DNA of 63,732 nt, counting the filler, from Collodictyon triciliatum (lineage: Eukaryota), in the NCBI GenBank assembly GCA_043381765.1. It is 6 parts of 6 records of this genome, joined end to end, with 100 filler letters (N's around TTAATTAATTAA, not from the genome) between each part and the next. Parts side by side here need not be neighbours in the genome. Positions count along the whole stretch, not along the records: positions 10,695 to 28,144 come from JBHJMP010002628.1; positions 28,245 to 38,817 come from JBHJMP010002629.1; positions 38,918 to 50,971 come from JBHJMP010002631.1; 3 more parts are not named here. The stretch is one strand, 5' to 3'. The notes beneath the pieces are model-generated. The model worked only from the letters and a program-made list of their open reading frames with translations. It did no database searches and was not told the origin of the DNA. Positions 25,356 to 39,120 of this stretch are shown here, one piece after another (position 1 is the stretch's first letter; every line of letters begins with the position of its first letter). A program made the position numbers and the translations under genes.

Positions 25356-26036
25356 GGGTGCAGGTGTCAGCTGTTTGATGTGGGATTTATAGTTTCTGGA
25401 TTGCTTGTCCGCTGAGAACCTGGATGATTTGGAGTTGGGTGATACACGGTTCCATTATTTTTATTACTGGATTATGTTTCTTTGTCAGATATAATGTAAG
25501 GTATGACAGTTTAGTGTATTATGAATGTGACTGTTGATGGCTGGTGTTTTCATGTCCATTTCTTTTTCTTTCTCTTTTGATGAAAGGATGGATATATATA
25601 TAAGCGGTTTTTCCTCCCTCATTGTTGTGCTTCCAAACGGGTCGAGTCATTTTCCGCCGTTTTGCCACGTGTCCGCCAGGTCACTGGGCAAGAATTGTGT
25701 GGAAAAGCTCGGACAGTAGACAAAAGCGGAATATATAGAATATAATCAGTATGAGGGTATAAGGAATCGAAAACCACACATAAGTGACAAAATTCAGACA
25801 TAATAATGTATTTTTGATGATAATATTGATTTTGGAAGATTGTGTTCTTTCTTTTTCGCAATCTCAGCTAATTCACGCATGATTCATGCAGCATATCTTC
25901 AGGCAAGGAGCAGACAAACACAAGTTTTGTTGAAAGGGATATATCAAGGGCAGCACTCAATCAATCTCAGCCCATCGTTCATCCGGCCAGTTCCCGCACA
26001 CAGCAAACACTACCGCCACTGCTCGAGGTCTTTCCC

Positions 26037-27763
26037 ATGTCAGGAGAATCCATGCTGCTCGCCGATCTGCGAAAACTCAGTGGCGCTCCTGAGGACGCAG
26101 GACTCCTAAGCAGCCACGAGCTCGACCTTTCTTTCAGGGAGCTGAAGTCCGTGCCACCCGGTGTTTATTTGCTTACCAAACTGTTGCGATTGATTCTTCA
26201 TGGAAATCAGATTACATCTCTTACGCCAGCGTTATCGCTGCTGACGGGTCTTACGTACCTTAATCTTCATGACAATCGCCTCTCCATTCTACCGACAGTT
26301 ATTTCATGTCTGGTTGCTCTAAAGGAGCTTGGTGTCTCTGGAAACCAACTCATGTTGCTACCACCAGAAATATCGTGCTTAACGCGCCTTGTCGTCCTCG
26401 ACATCGGAAGAAATCAGCTGTCATCGCTACCATCGGAAATATCGAGCCTGACGTTGCTGAGCAATTTGAATGCAAACTTGAATCATTTATCAGTGCTCCC
26501 CCAAGGAATTTCGTGCCTGAAATGGCTCAAAGAGATCCACCTTTACAATAATCACCTATCATCTCTTCCTTCACAGATATCTTGCCTAACAAGCATCAAA
26601 GAACTTGGTGTTGGCGAAAATGATCTGACGTCACTTCCACCAGAAATATCACGTTTGAAAAGTCTAACCGAGCTTCACATTTATGGCAATCCGGTATGTT
26701 TTCATAGAATTAGAAAAAGAAAAAAAAAAAGAAGGCTAGACTGATGTAAATTTTATGTAGATGGAAGAGTTACCGGAACAAATATCGAATCTTAAGGGTC
26801 TACATAATCTCTACATCGAAAATCAAGGCGAAGTAATGGTCAAGAGAATTCCAATCGGAATCACAAACCTACCATGCTGGAGAAATAAATGGTGCAATCA
26901 TAACAAGCATATCCGTACATTGCAGTTTTGTGACAGAGTAATTCTCTACAAACTCCGCTTTTTTCTCTCTTTGAAATGCTTATCTGTAACGTTGTTGAGC
27001 TGAGAAAAATAGTAACATCCCTTGCAGATAGAATCAATATCGGAGGGACTATGGACACCGAATGAGACACACTTTGGGCTCCTCTCTATCAGTTTATATG
27101 GAATGGGCCTCACAGCATTGCCCGAAAATATCACGTTATTGAAAAATATGACGTTCTTGTGTCTCGCAAGAAACAGAGTAAATTATTATAAACCACAAAG
27201 AATCATTTTTGTTATAAAGACTGAATGGATATTATTTTAGTTATCTGAAATTCCTGGGCCGATTGGTCGCATTTCCTCGATTGCACATCTAGATGTCTCA
27301 AGCAACAGGGTAGCCACAAAAATTGAGACTAGCTTGTGATATTTTGTGTGAAAGTTTTTAAACCAGAATTTAATAATAACAATAATTCATCAAATGGTTG
27401 ATATACCGATTGCAGATAAGAAGTATCCCCGATGCTATATTTGAGCTATATAATCTTCAAATACTTGACATTACAAAAAATCAGGTGTTGAAATATAAAA
27501 TGCTGTCAAAAAGAAATAAAACAAAATATTATCTTTATTCAACTCCAGTTCATAAACACCTCAATATTTTCATTATAATTTCCAGGTTTCTTTAAGCTCA
27601 TACCAAGGTAATTAATTGTCCTTTTTTTTTTTTTTAGATATCACAGCTGGAGACTTTACAAGTTGCAACAGAGAACAAACAAAGAGAGACGCTCTTGCAA
27701 GCGGAATTCCAAAGTTTTGGTGGTTGGAAAAAGCTTCAAACAAGGAATTGCGCATTGTGCTGA
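26037..27763 (+). CDS. Leucine-rich repeat protein (SHOC2-like repeats), multi-exon
   Basis: Many LxxLxLxxNxLxxLPxxI repeats. The stitched last exon ends ...TRNCALC*. Confidence 0.85.
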
Positions 27764-27929
27764 CCCTACTTATCATATTACTACCGCAATCACATCAAAC
27801 CTCTCTACTATCCAACCTTAAGAGCTTCCACGCAAACGAAGACCAGTGACCCAGGCTAAAACCTCTCAACTCACACATTAAATGGGAATAAAAAATTAAT
27901 GAATTCATAGCGTATGATTGTTTACTGTT

Positions 27930-28144
27930 ACGATTCACAGCGTGTATTGAGGGTCGACACAGCAGAGGAGACACTATAGCCCTGTGGTCCGATAGGTTCG
28001 TATCGAATGTGTGCATCCATTTGAACCATGGCGACGTCTCGGCATTGCACAGGAACCGGTCGATTCTGCTCCACGTCGGGCCGCTTCTTGTTTGACGCCT
28101 GCGCGTAGCTCCAAGCAGATTCGGGTAGAGAGTAGTCCATGGGT
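27930..28144 (-). mobile_element. Fragment of an APE (endonuclease/exonuclease/phosphatase) domain, likely from a LINE-like non-LTR retrotransposon
   Basis: PWTTLYP...TWSRIDRFLC...LSDHRAI matches the SRIDR...SDH APE motifs; truncated by the contig end. Confidence 0.7.
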
Positions 28145-28244
28145 NNNNNNNNNNNNNNNNNNNNNNNNNNNNNNNNNNNNNNNNNNNNTTAATTAATTAA
28201 NNNNNNNNNNNNNNNNNNNNNNNNNNNNNNNNNNNNNNNNNNNN
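28145..28244. other. Artificial contig linker
   Basis: 44N-TTAATTAATTAA-44N. Confidence 0.97.
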
Positions 28245-28397
28245 TTTTTGTTTTTTGTTTTTTGTTTTTTGTTTTTTGTTTTTTGTTTTTTGTTTTTTGT
28301 TTTTTGTTTTTTTGTTTTTGTTGTTTGTTTTTTTCACCCGACCTATTCGATCCCCATGTTTGATTGTCACCTCTCTACGATATTGCCCTTTTTCCAA

Positions 28398-31300
28398 GTT
28401 TGAAGCCGAAGTTTATTCTCAACAAGCCGTCTCGTCTTTTTCTTCTCTAAGCTCGATTTATTTTTATGTTTTTTGTTTATTTTCGTTTTATGATAATCAC
28501 CTTAACTGTCATAATCTTCACCTCTGCCCAGAAATATCCCGCATCCAAAACGTCGAGGTGCTCACAAATCTCACAACTATCAACCTTGCACACAACCACA
28601 TCACTGCTTTGGAAAACCTTACGGACCTGACCAACCTGCGCAATCTCTATCTCCAGGAAAACAGAATGTACGAAGGCTTCACGCAAACATTCAGCTTCTA
28701 ACTGCTTCACACTTTTACATCTATCCAATATGTATTCCATGTGGAAAACCTCTTCCATATCCTGTAATTTGGCGCTCTCGATAATATCATGTTCTGGTAT
28801 CCAGCCAAAGCATCACAAGTGCTGAGCTATCGACCTTGACTGACTTGGAAGTTCTGGACTTAAGCAAGAATTTGATTGGCAGCCCAGATGATTTGCGGAA
28901 TCTGTCATGTTTGGTTAACTTGAGGTGGATTCTTATGGAGGGGAATCCTGTCTGCGGCAAATGGTCATTTTCAGTTTGATTATCATCGTATTGTTATTCT
29001 CACCATTACAATAATTTATTCATTTATGTGTTATTTTCCTAGTTCTTCCTGCTTTTTTTTTCTGTTATGGTTCGATGAATTCCAAAAAAAAAAAAAGCAA
29101 ATGAGAAAGTGAATAAATATTTTATGCACAATTCAGCAACTACCGGTCGGTGCTCTGCTCCATTTTACCAAATATTCAGGCTATCGATTCCAAGGAAGTG
29201 GATTCTCAGGAAAAGATGTATCATGCTTTGGTATCTGCTGAAAGGTCGTCGACAACGAGGTTTGTTGAACGAGTGAATACAGACATTTAGCACGCTCTAT
29301 TCATCGATGTCGTCACAAAGCCATACCATATAAGGAACTCCTTACACAACGTTAGTTAGATAACTATATGGACTGTATGAAAAATGATGAGAATAATCCC
29401 ACGAAATAGCTCTGTTGACGTCTCTGCTTTCAACTCAGCCGATTTCCATGAAACACTCTCCAGCAAGGTTTCTATTTCTCCATCAACCCATTTTTATATG
29501 CTATTCTCGCCAATTTTCTATACTTCGCTTCTAAATCACCATTATCTGCCATCCAATTTATTCACACTTCATTATGGTAAAAAAAAAATGTTACTCTGTT
29601 AAAATCTCGATCCGCTTCTATATATATTTTTTAAAAAAAAACTCCCTTTTCTACTTTTTTGCACATTGAATGATTCAGGAGATGGAGTTGACTGTGTCCC
29701 AATCGCGGTCTGAAGAAGTTTGTTCCAATATTGTTACCATAAAGAGGAAAGATACCAAGCTCTGAAATCCACTCAATTGCAATTCTGATTAGGTGAATTG
29801 TGCCAGATTCTTACTAATGATGTAATAATGTTCGCCAGAAAATACCCTCAAGACCGCATTCTAACGGACGCATTGCGGCTCTTACAAACGAACTACCCAT
29901 CATAGCTGAAAATGAAGGGTTAAAGTAAGAAAAAAAATTGTCAGAAAGGAAATTATACGAGTCTTTTCTCATAATGTCCAGTAATTTCGAAAATATTTAC
30001 ATTACCAAAAACAATAAAATATTACATTCATATCCAGATGATCTAAATATGTGATATGTACCTCGCTTTTGCTTACTTACACTTTCTTCTTTTTTTTTGT
30101 TTTGTAAAAGATGTGTCATTTTCATCTCAATCACTTTTGCTCAGAAAATCAAATGAGAGACTTCGGCGGGAATTAGAGGAATGGAGAGAGAAAGCGATAA
30201 AGCTTGATGAGGCATCTGTCCTTCTTCGAGAGACTGTGGAAGGAGATTATGCACTGATAGAGCGCATGGAGGCGAGGCTAGAAGAGGAGTTAGTCCAGAA
30301 AAAAAAAAAAAGAAGCACATATACGCCAAATCCCTAAAAATAAATTGACCAATATGATTACTTATGCTTGAATAATAACCTTTGCTTACGACACATTAAA
30401 ACCAGAACAACAGCCAGAGATGCTGCCGAGGCGGAAATTGTTCAATTGTCCAACCAACTGGAACAGATCATCCACGAAAGAGAAGCTGCATTGGATCGCA
30501 TTCAAGTATGCCTTTTCTCTTAAATTACTTATAGAGTTTAGTTTTTTAATTCTTCTCATTCTGCTTTCAAACTGGTGCTTTTAAATAAAGTATAGAATAT
30601 AAAATAATCCTATTGCTATTGCTCTTTGTCCTTTCTTTCGAATATTTTGGTCTTGGTTACCCTTAATTTTGGTATGAATCGGCCGCTAGGTGCTGGAGAA
30701 AAGTATTCCAATCAAAGAAATGGCCAAGTCAGTTGATGCGAGTGTCGGGGGTGATTCAGCTGAGACTAGGTTGCTAGCCATGAGCATATTCTGTGTAATT
30801 TCGACAAACAAAAGGCTTCATGCATAGATCAGCAATACGATTTGGTGTAAATATTTAACTAATATGTTAATCATCTCATCGCGATTAATTAGCTTCGAGG
30901 TTGTGTTGAATCCTGCAGAGTACAGAGACTCTGAGGTTCAAACTATAATGTCGGACGAAGGGCCTACTGCACAGGAAATAAAACTAATTCATGAGCTCGA
31001 TTTTCTCAAAAATCAAATTGCAGAACTACATGTATGTCCCTTTACCCCTTCATTTCATGAACCAAATAATTGTATTCAACAGCTCCCTTTTTTTCATTCG
31101 AAATATCCGCAAATCGATTGTACATGCCACGGCATTATTAAGTGGGTGTCTTGATTCTTTAAGCACAAATATACTTATTTGGATATTTCATTTACATTAT
31201 TTCTTATATCAGAAATCACTCGAGGCTCAACAGGATACTTTGAAAAGGGAGAGGTGGGTGCGATGATTACCTTTAAAGTTGAAGCATTCGCTTAAATTAT

Positions 31301-34300
31301 TTATTCACTTATTTATTTATTTTTATACATATTTTTTTTCTTGATAGTAACACTACATTATATTCATGCTCATCTAATTAGGGGCGAATTTGCGTCGATT
31401 TTAGAAGAGAAAGATAGTGCGATTGATGAGGTGCAAAGCGCTCTGTCAGATTTTCAAAAAGTCATACTTGAAAAAGAATCAATAATTCAAGTATGTATTT
31501 ATATTTGATTCTGCTGGTATTTTAGAAAGTCCCAATAAAATTACATCATTTATTGATTTGGTTCAATTTTCCTTTTTTAGATACTTCTACCTTATTTTTC
31601 GTTATGGAATTATTGTTGAAAATAAACTAAACAAAATCAAATAGAAACTTCATGAGGGTGCCAGGAAGGATTCTCAAAGCATCGCCAATTTGAAGTCTCA
31701 AGTGGAGAAAGTAGAAAGAGGCTCAATAAAGTTTGTAGAAACCACTTATGTAATAACACACAATGGTAAAGTGATGCCGAATAGTTGGTGTCCTTGATTT
31801 ATCTGTCTTAAAATCTGACTCACTTTTCTATATCAATTCTTCTTTTTTGAAGAACGCCGATTAGCAAGAGAGACCAATCCGTAGAGGCGATTGATTCCTT
31901 CGAAAAGTCCAAAATTGCAGAAATGGTATTTATAACTTTCTATTTTTCTTCTCCCTTCCTTCCTTTTCTCTTTGTTTGCATGTAAATCGTAAGAGACTGA
32001 TTTTGTTTCATCCTGTGATTCCAGGAGAAAACAAATACCTCGCTTCTGGCACTAGCATCCCAACAGAGAGAAATGATTGATGAGCTCCAGAAAATTGCTG
32101 ATGAAAAGGTCTCATTTAAGTAAATTATAAACTGCTCCATAGCTTTGTTTTCATCTCTTGATTCCATTAGAGTGACCTAGAGATTCGGGCAGACGAGCTT
32201 CAAACCAGAGTGCATCAGTTGGAAAACGCATTAAAAGAAAGCGAGTAAGCTCTCTATTTTGCTTCGGATTTCTGAAAGATAAAAGAAAGACGTAACACAT
32301 TTCTATTTAAAATATTCATAATATTCTAAAACTTGCAAGTATCGTTCCAATATTTCTAATTGAATATCACGAAATGTTTTTTTTATTTCGTCAAGGGCGC
32401 ATATTATTGTATTGGAGGGGAAGTATGAGAACGTATACAAACAAAATATGGAGTACAAGGAAAGCCAAAGTGAAGTAAGTCATAAGCTTATTGACCTTAT
32501 CGATGGATACCCTAATTGACTCTAATTGAAGCCATCAGCAGAAAAAGAAACAAAAAATACGTATTTGCGCGTCTGCGATCTGCAAATTAATTTATCTTTC
32601 TTCTCTTTAACACGAACGGTCTGTGTAGAATCAGTGGCTCCAACAAAGAATCGAGCAGCTTGAACAGGAATACAGAAGTCTTCAGCTTTCGAACCAAGAC
32701 ATAATGATGGAACGTCAGAGACTCCTTCAGGAGTATAATAATATGGAAGAACAGTACCACGCTGATTTGTACGTTACATTTCATTGGCTAGTAAATTGAT
32801 AATCTCTTGGACTTTAGAGATGAGTGTGTGAACTGAAGTGACATTTTTTCCTCTTTTTTTTTTTGAAAATCATTCAACCTTTTTATGAGACTTGAGTATT
32901 TATAAAGCACTTTCATCGTAAAATATACTTTTTAGCTTCGATGTTAATAAAACATAATATTATTTATAAAAGTACCTATATTTATCAAAATTGAATATCA
33001 TTGTAGGGAATCCTTTCGTGATGTAGAGTCTGGATTGGTTGAGAAACTTCGAAATGAACAGTTGTATACTAATCAGGCCCAAAATAAAATCGTGGAGCTG
33101 GAGGAAAAGCTGGAAGTATATTCAGCACCACAAATATTTATCCGTTATATTTCTTTTCTCTTCCAAAAGAAGGAAGGAAATGAAATATTATAGCCACAAT
33201 CCACGAATAAGTTTATTCAGAAAATTAATTAGTCTTAGTTGCTGCGATACTAATATCAATATGTTCAAACAGAAGATGAACAATCTTGAACCAGAAATCG
33301 CAAAATTGAATAGAACTATCGAAGTTATTTCCAATAGATTCCTTTTGATAATTAAAAGAAAAAATTATCTTTTTTTTTTGTCGTGTCTCACTTAGTTGAG
33401 TAAAACAAAATGATTTTTATCAAAGGTTTTGCGAGAAAAAGGGAAGAAAGACCAGGAGATTATGGCGCACTTGGAAATCCAGCTTCAAGAGCGGCAAAGT
33501 CAAGTTCAGATACAACAGACTGAAATCAACCAGCAGACGTATTGCCTTAAAATTAATTATATTTTTCCTTTTCATTCAAAAAAACCCCAAAAGTAAATCT
33601 TGATTCTATTTGGTTACTAGCCATAAGAGTTAATTGTGTCTAGGGTGACATAAGCATGAAATTTGAAATAACTCTATAATTCTAAAATGCTTTAGACGTC
33701 AAAATAAGCATCTAGAATCCGAAGTTCAGCATTTACAACAAATAATTAAGTGTGGCTTCATTTGACATATATTCCATACTCCATAACAAAGAAAACTCTC
33801 CTATATAAGCCATGAATAGCATTGAAACCTGAATACTGAATATCGTCTTTGATACAAAATTACTTTCTCCATATAAAACAAAAAAAGCAGAAAACAACAT
33901 CAGTATGAGGCGCCCTTCACCGACCGTGGCGAGCGTACGCCCAAGCATAATTTCACTGATGTATTATTACTTGTGTCAATACACCCGAAATAAACACATA
34001 CGATTATGCTCTCATTTTCAAATATTTTTCATTTCTTAACTTCATCAATTTTATCATTTTTTTTAAAAAAACCTGTACAGCGTCACTTTTCTCAAATTAA
34101 TATGCATATAAAATAGATTGATAAAGCCACTCCAAGGCAAGATGAAATTCGACTTTTACAGACAACAGTTGACGCCCTGAAAAAAATGATGTCTATGCAA
34201 GAAGCTATGAGCACCGAAAAGTCAAAAAGCACTATTCAGCAGTAATATTTGATTTTCAAGACATTCAAGAGACAACGTCAATATCTGCGTCCATCTTATT

Positions 34301-36455
34301 TTCTTTTCTTTCCTTTTTTTTTTTAAAAAAAAAAGCCTAATCATATTTATCTTCATCTTAGATGGCGTGAAAAAGTCCTGCAACTTCTAATTCAGCAACG
34401 GACAAATGAAGAAGAAACCAAAAAGATACAGAAAGAGTGGGAAATAAAGGCACTTGTTTTATAGATTCTATTTTATTTAAATGTTTTTTTTAATTGGAAA
34501 TGTCGAAAACTGATAAAAAAAATATTATTCTTGATATCAATTCTTATGAATATGTGCTTTTTTTTCTCTTTTCTTCTTTTTTTAAAGCTGCGTTATCGAA
34601 ATTAGATGGATTTGCAACAAAAACAAGTACGGGAGCAATTGATGCAGATTGAAATGCTTAAAACAGAAAAGATAGCTATAACAGCAGAACTGGAGTTAGC
34701 TAGTTCTAGTACGAAGGTAATTCGTCATGCTTCTCATCTACTATGCACCTATTTTATACTAACCTGATGCAACTTAGAAGACATAAAAGAGAGTTAGTGA
34801 CTATAGTAAAATGCAATACAAAGTATTTCACTCATCAAACATTTTAACCAATCACTATACCTGAAATGATTCGAAAATATATTTTTTTGTAGGTATTCGA
34901 TATGTCCCGTCAAAAAATGGAGCTCCGAGAGCAGAATCTCTTGTCAAATTATGAGAATTGCTACTCCAGTCTCCAAAAAGCTGCTCGTTTGGTTGAAAGG
35001 TGAATTTTTACTCTGTTTATCTTGTTTTTCATGCTCTACGCATCGAGAATACTTGAGAAATTATAGGCCGTTTTTATTTCATTTACGACATATCAAATCT
35101 TTAATTTTAAAAGATATTTTGGTTGTTCATTCCTTCTCTTTTTATTCATATACCTTCCCTTTTCATATTTTTTAAATTTTATTTTGATTTTAAAATATTT
35201 TGTCAACAAAGGTATGATTTTGACCTTGTTCTACACGAACTTAACCAACGTGTGGAAACACGAATCGGTGATTTTTCCCGTCGCCTGATGCTTATTGGGA
35301 GCAAAGTTAAAATACTATCGGGTACGATTTTCTTCTTTTCCACTTCAACTATGTAATTAATTAATTAATGGCAAATTATAACCTCAAATATCGAAAATCC
35401 CTTCAACCTACACTTTTATGTGAAAGAATTTTGTGGTTTTTTCTTTAAAAAAAAAGGATAAAAATAGAAAAAGCTTCCCCCTCGCTATAAATATGACGCA
35501 TAACGAAATCTCCTGCGTATATTCTTTCTTTTCTTTTCCTTTTTCTTCTACAAGTTATTTATAGTCAGAAAGAGCAATATCACACTGAGCAGATGAAGAG
35601 CATGCAAGCCGCTCTGCATTCAATCACGACAAAAAAATCCATAGCAGAGATTGCTGCGACTCATTCGACTAGCATCGCTTCACACAGACAACAAAATGAG
35701 GTTTTCATGTCACTATCTATTAATGCACAAATATGTCCAATTATCTCGAATGTGATTTTGGGTTACCTAGTGGATTTTAAGCTCTCTTATCTTTAATTTG
35801 TAAGGAGGGAGCGAACAAAATAGTTTGACAAAAATACTCTACTTTAGATAATTACAGAATATACAAAGAAAATTGAGCAGCTGATCGACGATAATGAATA
35901 TCTACGTGTTACATGCAGTGATTTAGAGGGCAAACTTGCAAGATGTAGCCTTCATTTCCATTCTTGATATGGGAAAAAGAAGAGAGAGAAAAGGAAATAA
36001 CATAAGCAATCCTGCACTCTTAAATTATCCATGTCACTCTCCAACGTTAACTTCTAAATGATGATACGTTTTGGTATAGACCACCGAATGAATCAAAATG
36101 AGCATCATGGGATATTGCAATACAAACAAGACTACGAAAGACTACTTGATGAATACAATTCCTTGAGAGAGTTCACTGATTCTAAGCACAATGTGATTAT
36201 TTTTATTTTTTAAAAAAAGCCATTCAACATGACATAGCATGCGATGAAGAAAGCAAATTAATAGGATTCATGTTGATAATCAGGTGGTAAAAATTATTTT
36301 CTTTTTAAAAAAAATAAAGGAATGTGTGGCGTTGTCAAATCAATTGGAACAAGCAAGAGATGTTATTGCACAGCTTGAGACTGAGATAGACGGCATCGAC
36401 GAAAAATATCGCAAAGGTTTCATATTTACAAAATAATTCATTCCGATAATTATTG

Positions 36456-36554
<99 letters not shown>

Positions 36555-38030
36555 GTCCAAGTTTAAAATATGCCAAGAATAAACACTCTTGGCTCTGGTT
36601 GAATAGTCCGTTTATTCGATAAATAATCCAACGTGACGATTTTGCTATTTTAATTTAATTTAATTTAATTTATTTTAAATGCACGCGTCAATCAAGAACT
36701 ACAAAGTCGGAGCGAATTACACTTGGCAGAAATAAACCGAGACAACGATAGACTCAAAAAGGAAAACGTCAAACTTAGTATGTACTTATCTTTGATGCAT
36801 GTACTGTTACTGGCCTGTGCATATAACCAAATTAGAAAAGATTTGTACTTTTGCATTTTTCAAGAGTTTTCCTATCCAATACTTTTTATCTACAAGTACT
36901 GTTTTTTTTTTTTTTGAACTAAATGATAATGTAGATTCTCAAGTCAGGCAACTTGAGCGCGAAATGTCGCGGGTGGCGGATAAGAGTGAAAAACAAGACC
37001 GCGCAAGGTTTACCTATTTGGAAACTAAGCTGCGAGATGCTGAGGAAAGAGTGCAGTCGCTGCGCAAAGAAAACAACCTTCTTCAGGTTTCATAATCAGT
37101 TCCATTATTGTTTCAAACTGTTAAGTTCAAATGACATCGTCTGTGAAAGGACAGTTTCCTTGCTTTATGGCTTTGACAGGACAAACATGACTTTCTCTTG
37201 ACCCGAGTTTCATATGTTTTTCCTTCGTGTTTCCAACATTCCGTAGGCTGCACTTCGACAAATGAAGCTACAACACACACCACGAACACTTGAAAGGCGA
37301 GTTCTTGGCCATCGCTTTAGACGCGATGAAAACGAAGATGCAGATGCAGACGAGAATGCGAGTAAGAGCGACGGTGAAGAAAAAGGCCGTAGCGCCAGAC
37401 AAGATAGCGCGTCAGAGTCTTCCATTGAACCATCGACTCCGAAGCAAAAGCATGCAAAGCCCCAGTCGACGCAGAGAAAGCCACAGACATCGACGCATTG
37501 GCTGTCATCGAGCGACTCAGAGGGAGAAAATGACAATGCCGCAAGCGCTCGAGCAAAGCAGCCGCGAAAGAGCGAATCTACGTCCAAGTTTGTGGCAACA
37601 GACAGCTCGAAGCCTGAAAAAGCCTCTTCCGTTTCGACATGTTTGTATTTATTTTTATTTTTTTTATTTTTTGCTGTATTCTATATTCAGTTTCCATGAT
37701 ACAGCTTGTGCAGTCAAAAAGACAAGCGTGTATGCGGTCGTGCCTTTATGCAAAGTGCATGTCCAACCACACACAAAAGGATATTTCTTATTTATACTTT
37801 CTACCTTAATTTTATGTGTGACTGTCTACTAACTCAACCTGCCATTGCTCTCTACTTACAATTAATATGTTCATCGACTCCAATTTGCAGCAAAAGGAAA
37901 GCTTGAGCAGCTAGCGGCGTTGGTAAGATTCAAGAATGAAATAACGAAAGACGAAACGTCTCTGTGTGCGATTGGTGTTCTGTAAACATGTATTCATGCT
38001 TTATTAGGCAAATAGACGACGCTAGTCTTG
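28398..38030 (+). CDS. Large many-exon protein: Sds22-like LRR + LRRcap, then a long coiled coil with CCHCR1/HCR-like motifs (5' end missing, 3' end approximate)
   Basis: LTNLTTINLAHNHITALENL, EGNPVC..NYR...LPNIQAIDSKEV; later WREKVLQLLIQ, FSRRLMLIGSKVKIL, KENVKL..VRQLERE, LRKENNLLQAALRQ. Confidence 0.75.
36458..36553. repeat. (ATT)n microsatellite, intronic
   Basis: Tandem ATT. Confidence 0.95.
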
Positions 38031-38149
38031 GTACGCATCTGGATCTTATTGTACAGATATAGTATATGTGAATCTGGGCGCACGAATAAAACTACTTCCA
38101 AAACTGGGCAATCATCGAACAAAGCTTCTTTCCACATTTTCACTTATTT

Positions 38150-38515
38150 CTTTCATTCTTTTCTTTCGTTCTTTTCTTTCATTTTTTTATTTCTATTCTC
38201 TTTCATTTTTTTTCATTTTTTCTTTCATTTCTCTTTCACATTTTCATTCGTTCTTTTCTTTCATTTTTCTTTCATTTTTTCTTTCATTTTCTTTCATTTT
38301 CTTTCATTTCTCTTTCATTTTCTTTCACTTATTTCTTTCATTTTTCTTTCATTTTTCTTTCATTTTTCTTTCATTTTTCTTTCATTTTTCTTTCATTTTT
38401 CTTTCATTTTTCTTTCATTTTTCTTTCATTTTTCTTCCATTTTTCTTTCAATTTTTCTTCATTTTTTCTTCATTTTTTCTTCATTTTTTCTTCATTTTTT
38501 CTTCATTTTTTCTTT
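38150..38515. repeat. Degenerate (TTTTTCTTTCA)n low-complexity tandem
   Basis: Repeated tttttctttca units. Confidence 0.85.
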
Positions 38516-38709
38516 CAACTGGCATTGCTTCGTCTGCTTCGTCTTTGTTCACAAAACCACGCGCTGAATTCTACACTACGGGCAGCTGAGTCAGCAAACC
38601 GCAGGTCACAACACATTCGAATCAAGTGGAAGCACCAGCCACCGACTAAAACCCTCCCTTTTTTTGTCGCAGAAAATGACCGAAGTGAGTGGCTGGCAAT
38701 CAAGGCCGT

Positions 38710-38817
38710 TTTTTATGAGTTTTTATGGTTTTTTATGGTTTTTTATGGTTTTTTATGGTTTTTTATGGTTTTTTATGGTTTTTTATGGTTTTTTATGGTT
38801 TTTTATGGTTTTTTATG
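38710..38817. repeat. (GGTTTTTTAT)n-type 10-nt tandem at a contig end
   Basis: Perfect ttttatggtt repeats. Confidence 0.9.
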
Positions 38818-38917
38818 NNNNNNNNNNNNNNNNNNNNNNNNNNNNNNNNNNNNNNNNNNNNTTAATTAATTAANNNNNNNNNNNNNNNNNNNNNNNNNNN
38901 NNNNNNNNNNNNNNNNN
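38818..38917. other. Artificial contig linker
   Basis: 44N-TTAATTAATTAA-44N. Confidence 0.97.
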
Positions 38918-39120
38918 TAAAAGAGAAAAAAGAGAAAAAAGAGAAAAAAGAGAAAAAAGAGAAAAAAGAGAAAAAAGAGAAATAAAAGAGAAAAAAGAGA
39001 AAAAAAGAGAAAAAAAGCACCCAACTCTAGTTTTCTTTTGTACTGGTGCGCATTGGTTTGTATTCCTTTTTTTCTTTCTATGTAAACGCGGAATATAATC
39101 TCCCCTTAGACCACCTCCAC

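Noticed and set aside
31720..31725. Additional GC donor
   Set aside because: An in-phase GT donor near 31711 explains the junction.
14918..38030. Centrosomal gene cluster (CSPP1-like plus LRR-HCR)
   Set aside because: The genes lie on different contigs separated by an artificial linker.
38710..38817. Telomeric repeat
   Set aside because: 10-nt T-rich unit with only GG; resembles the other simple repeats at contig breaks.
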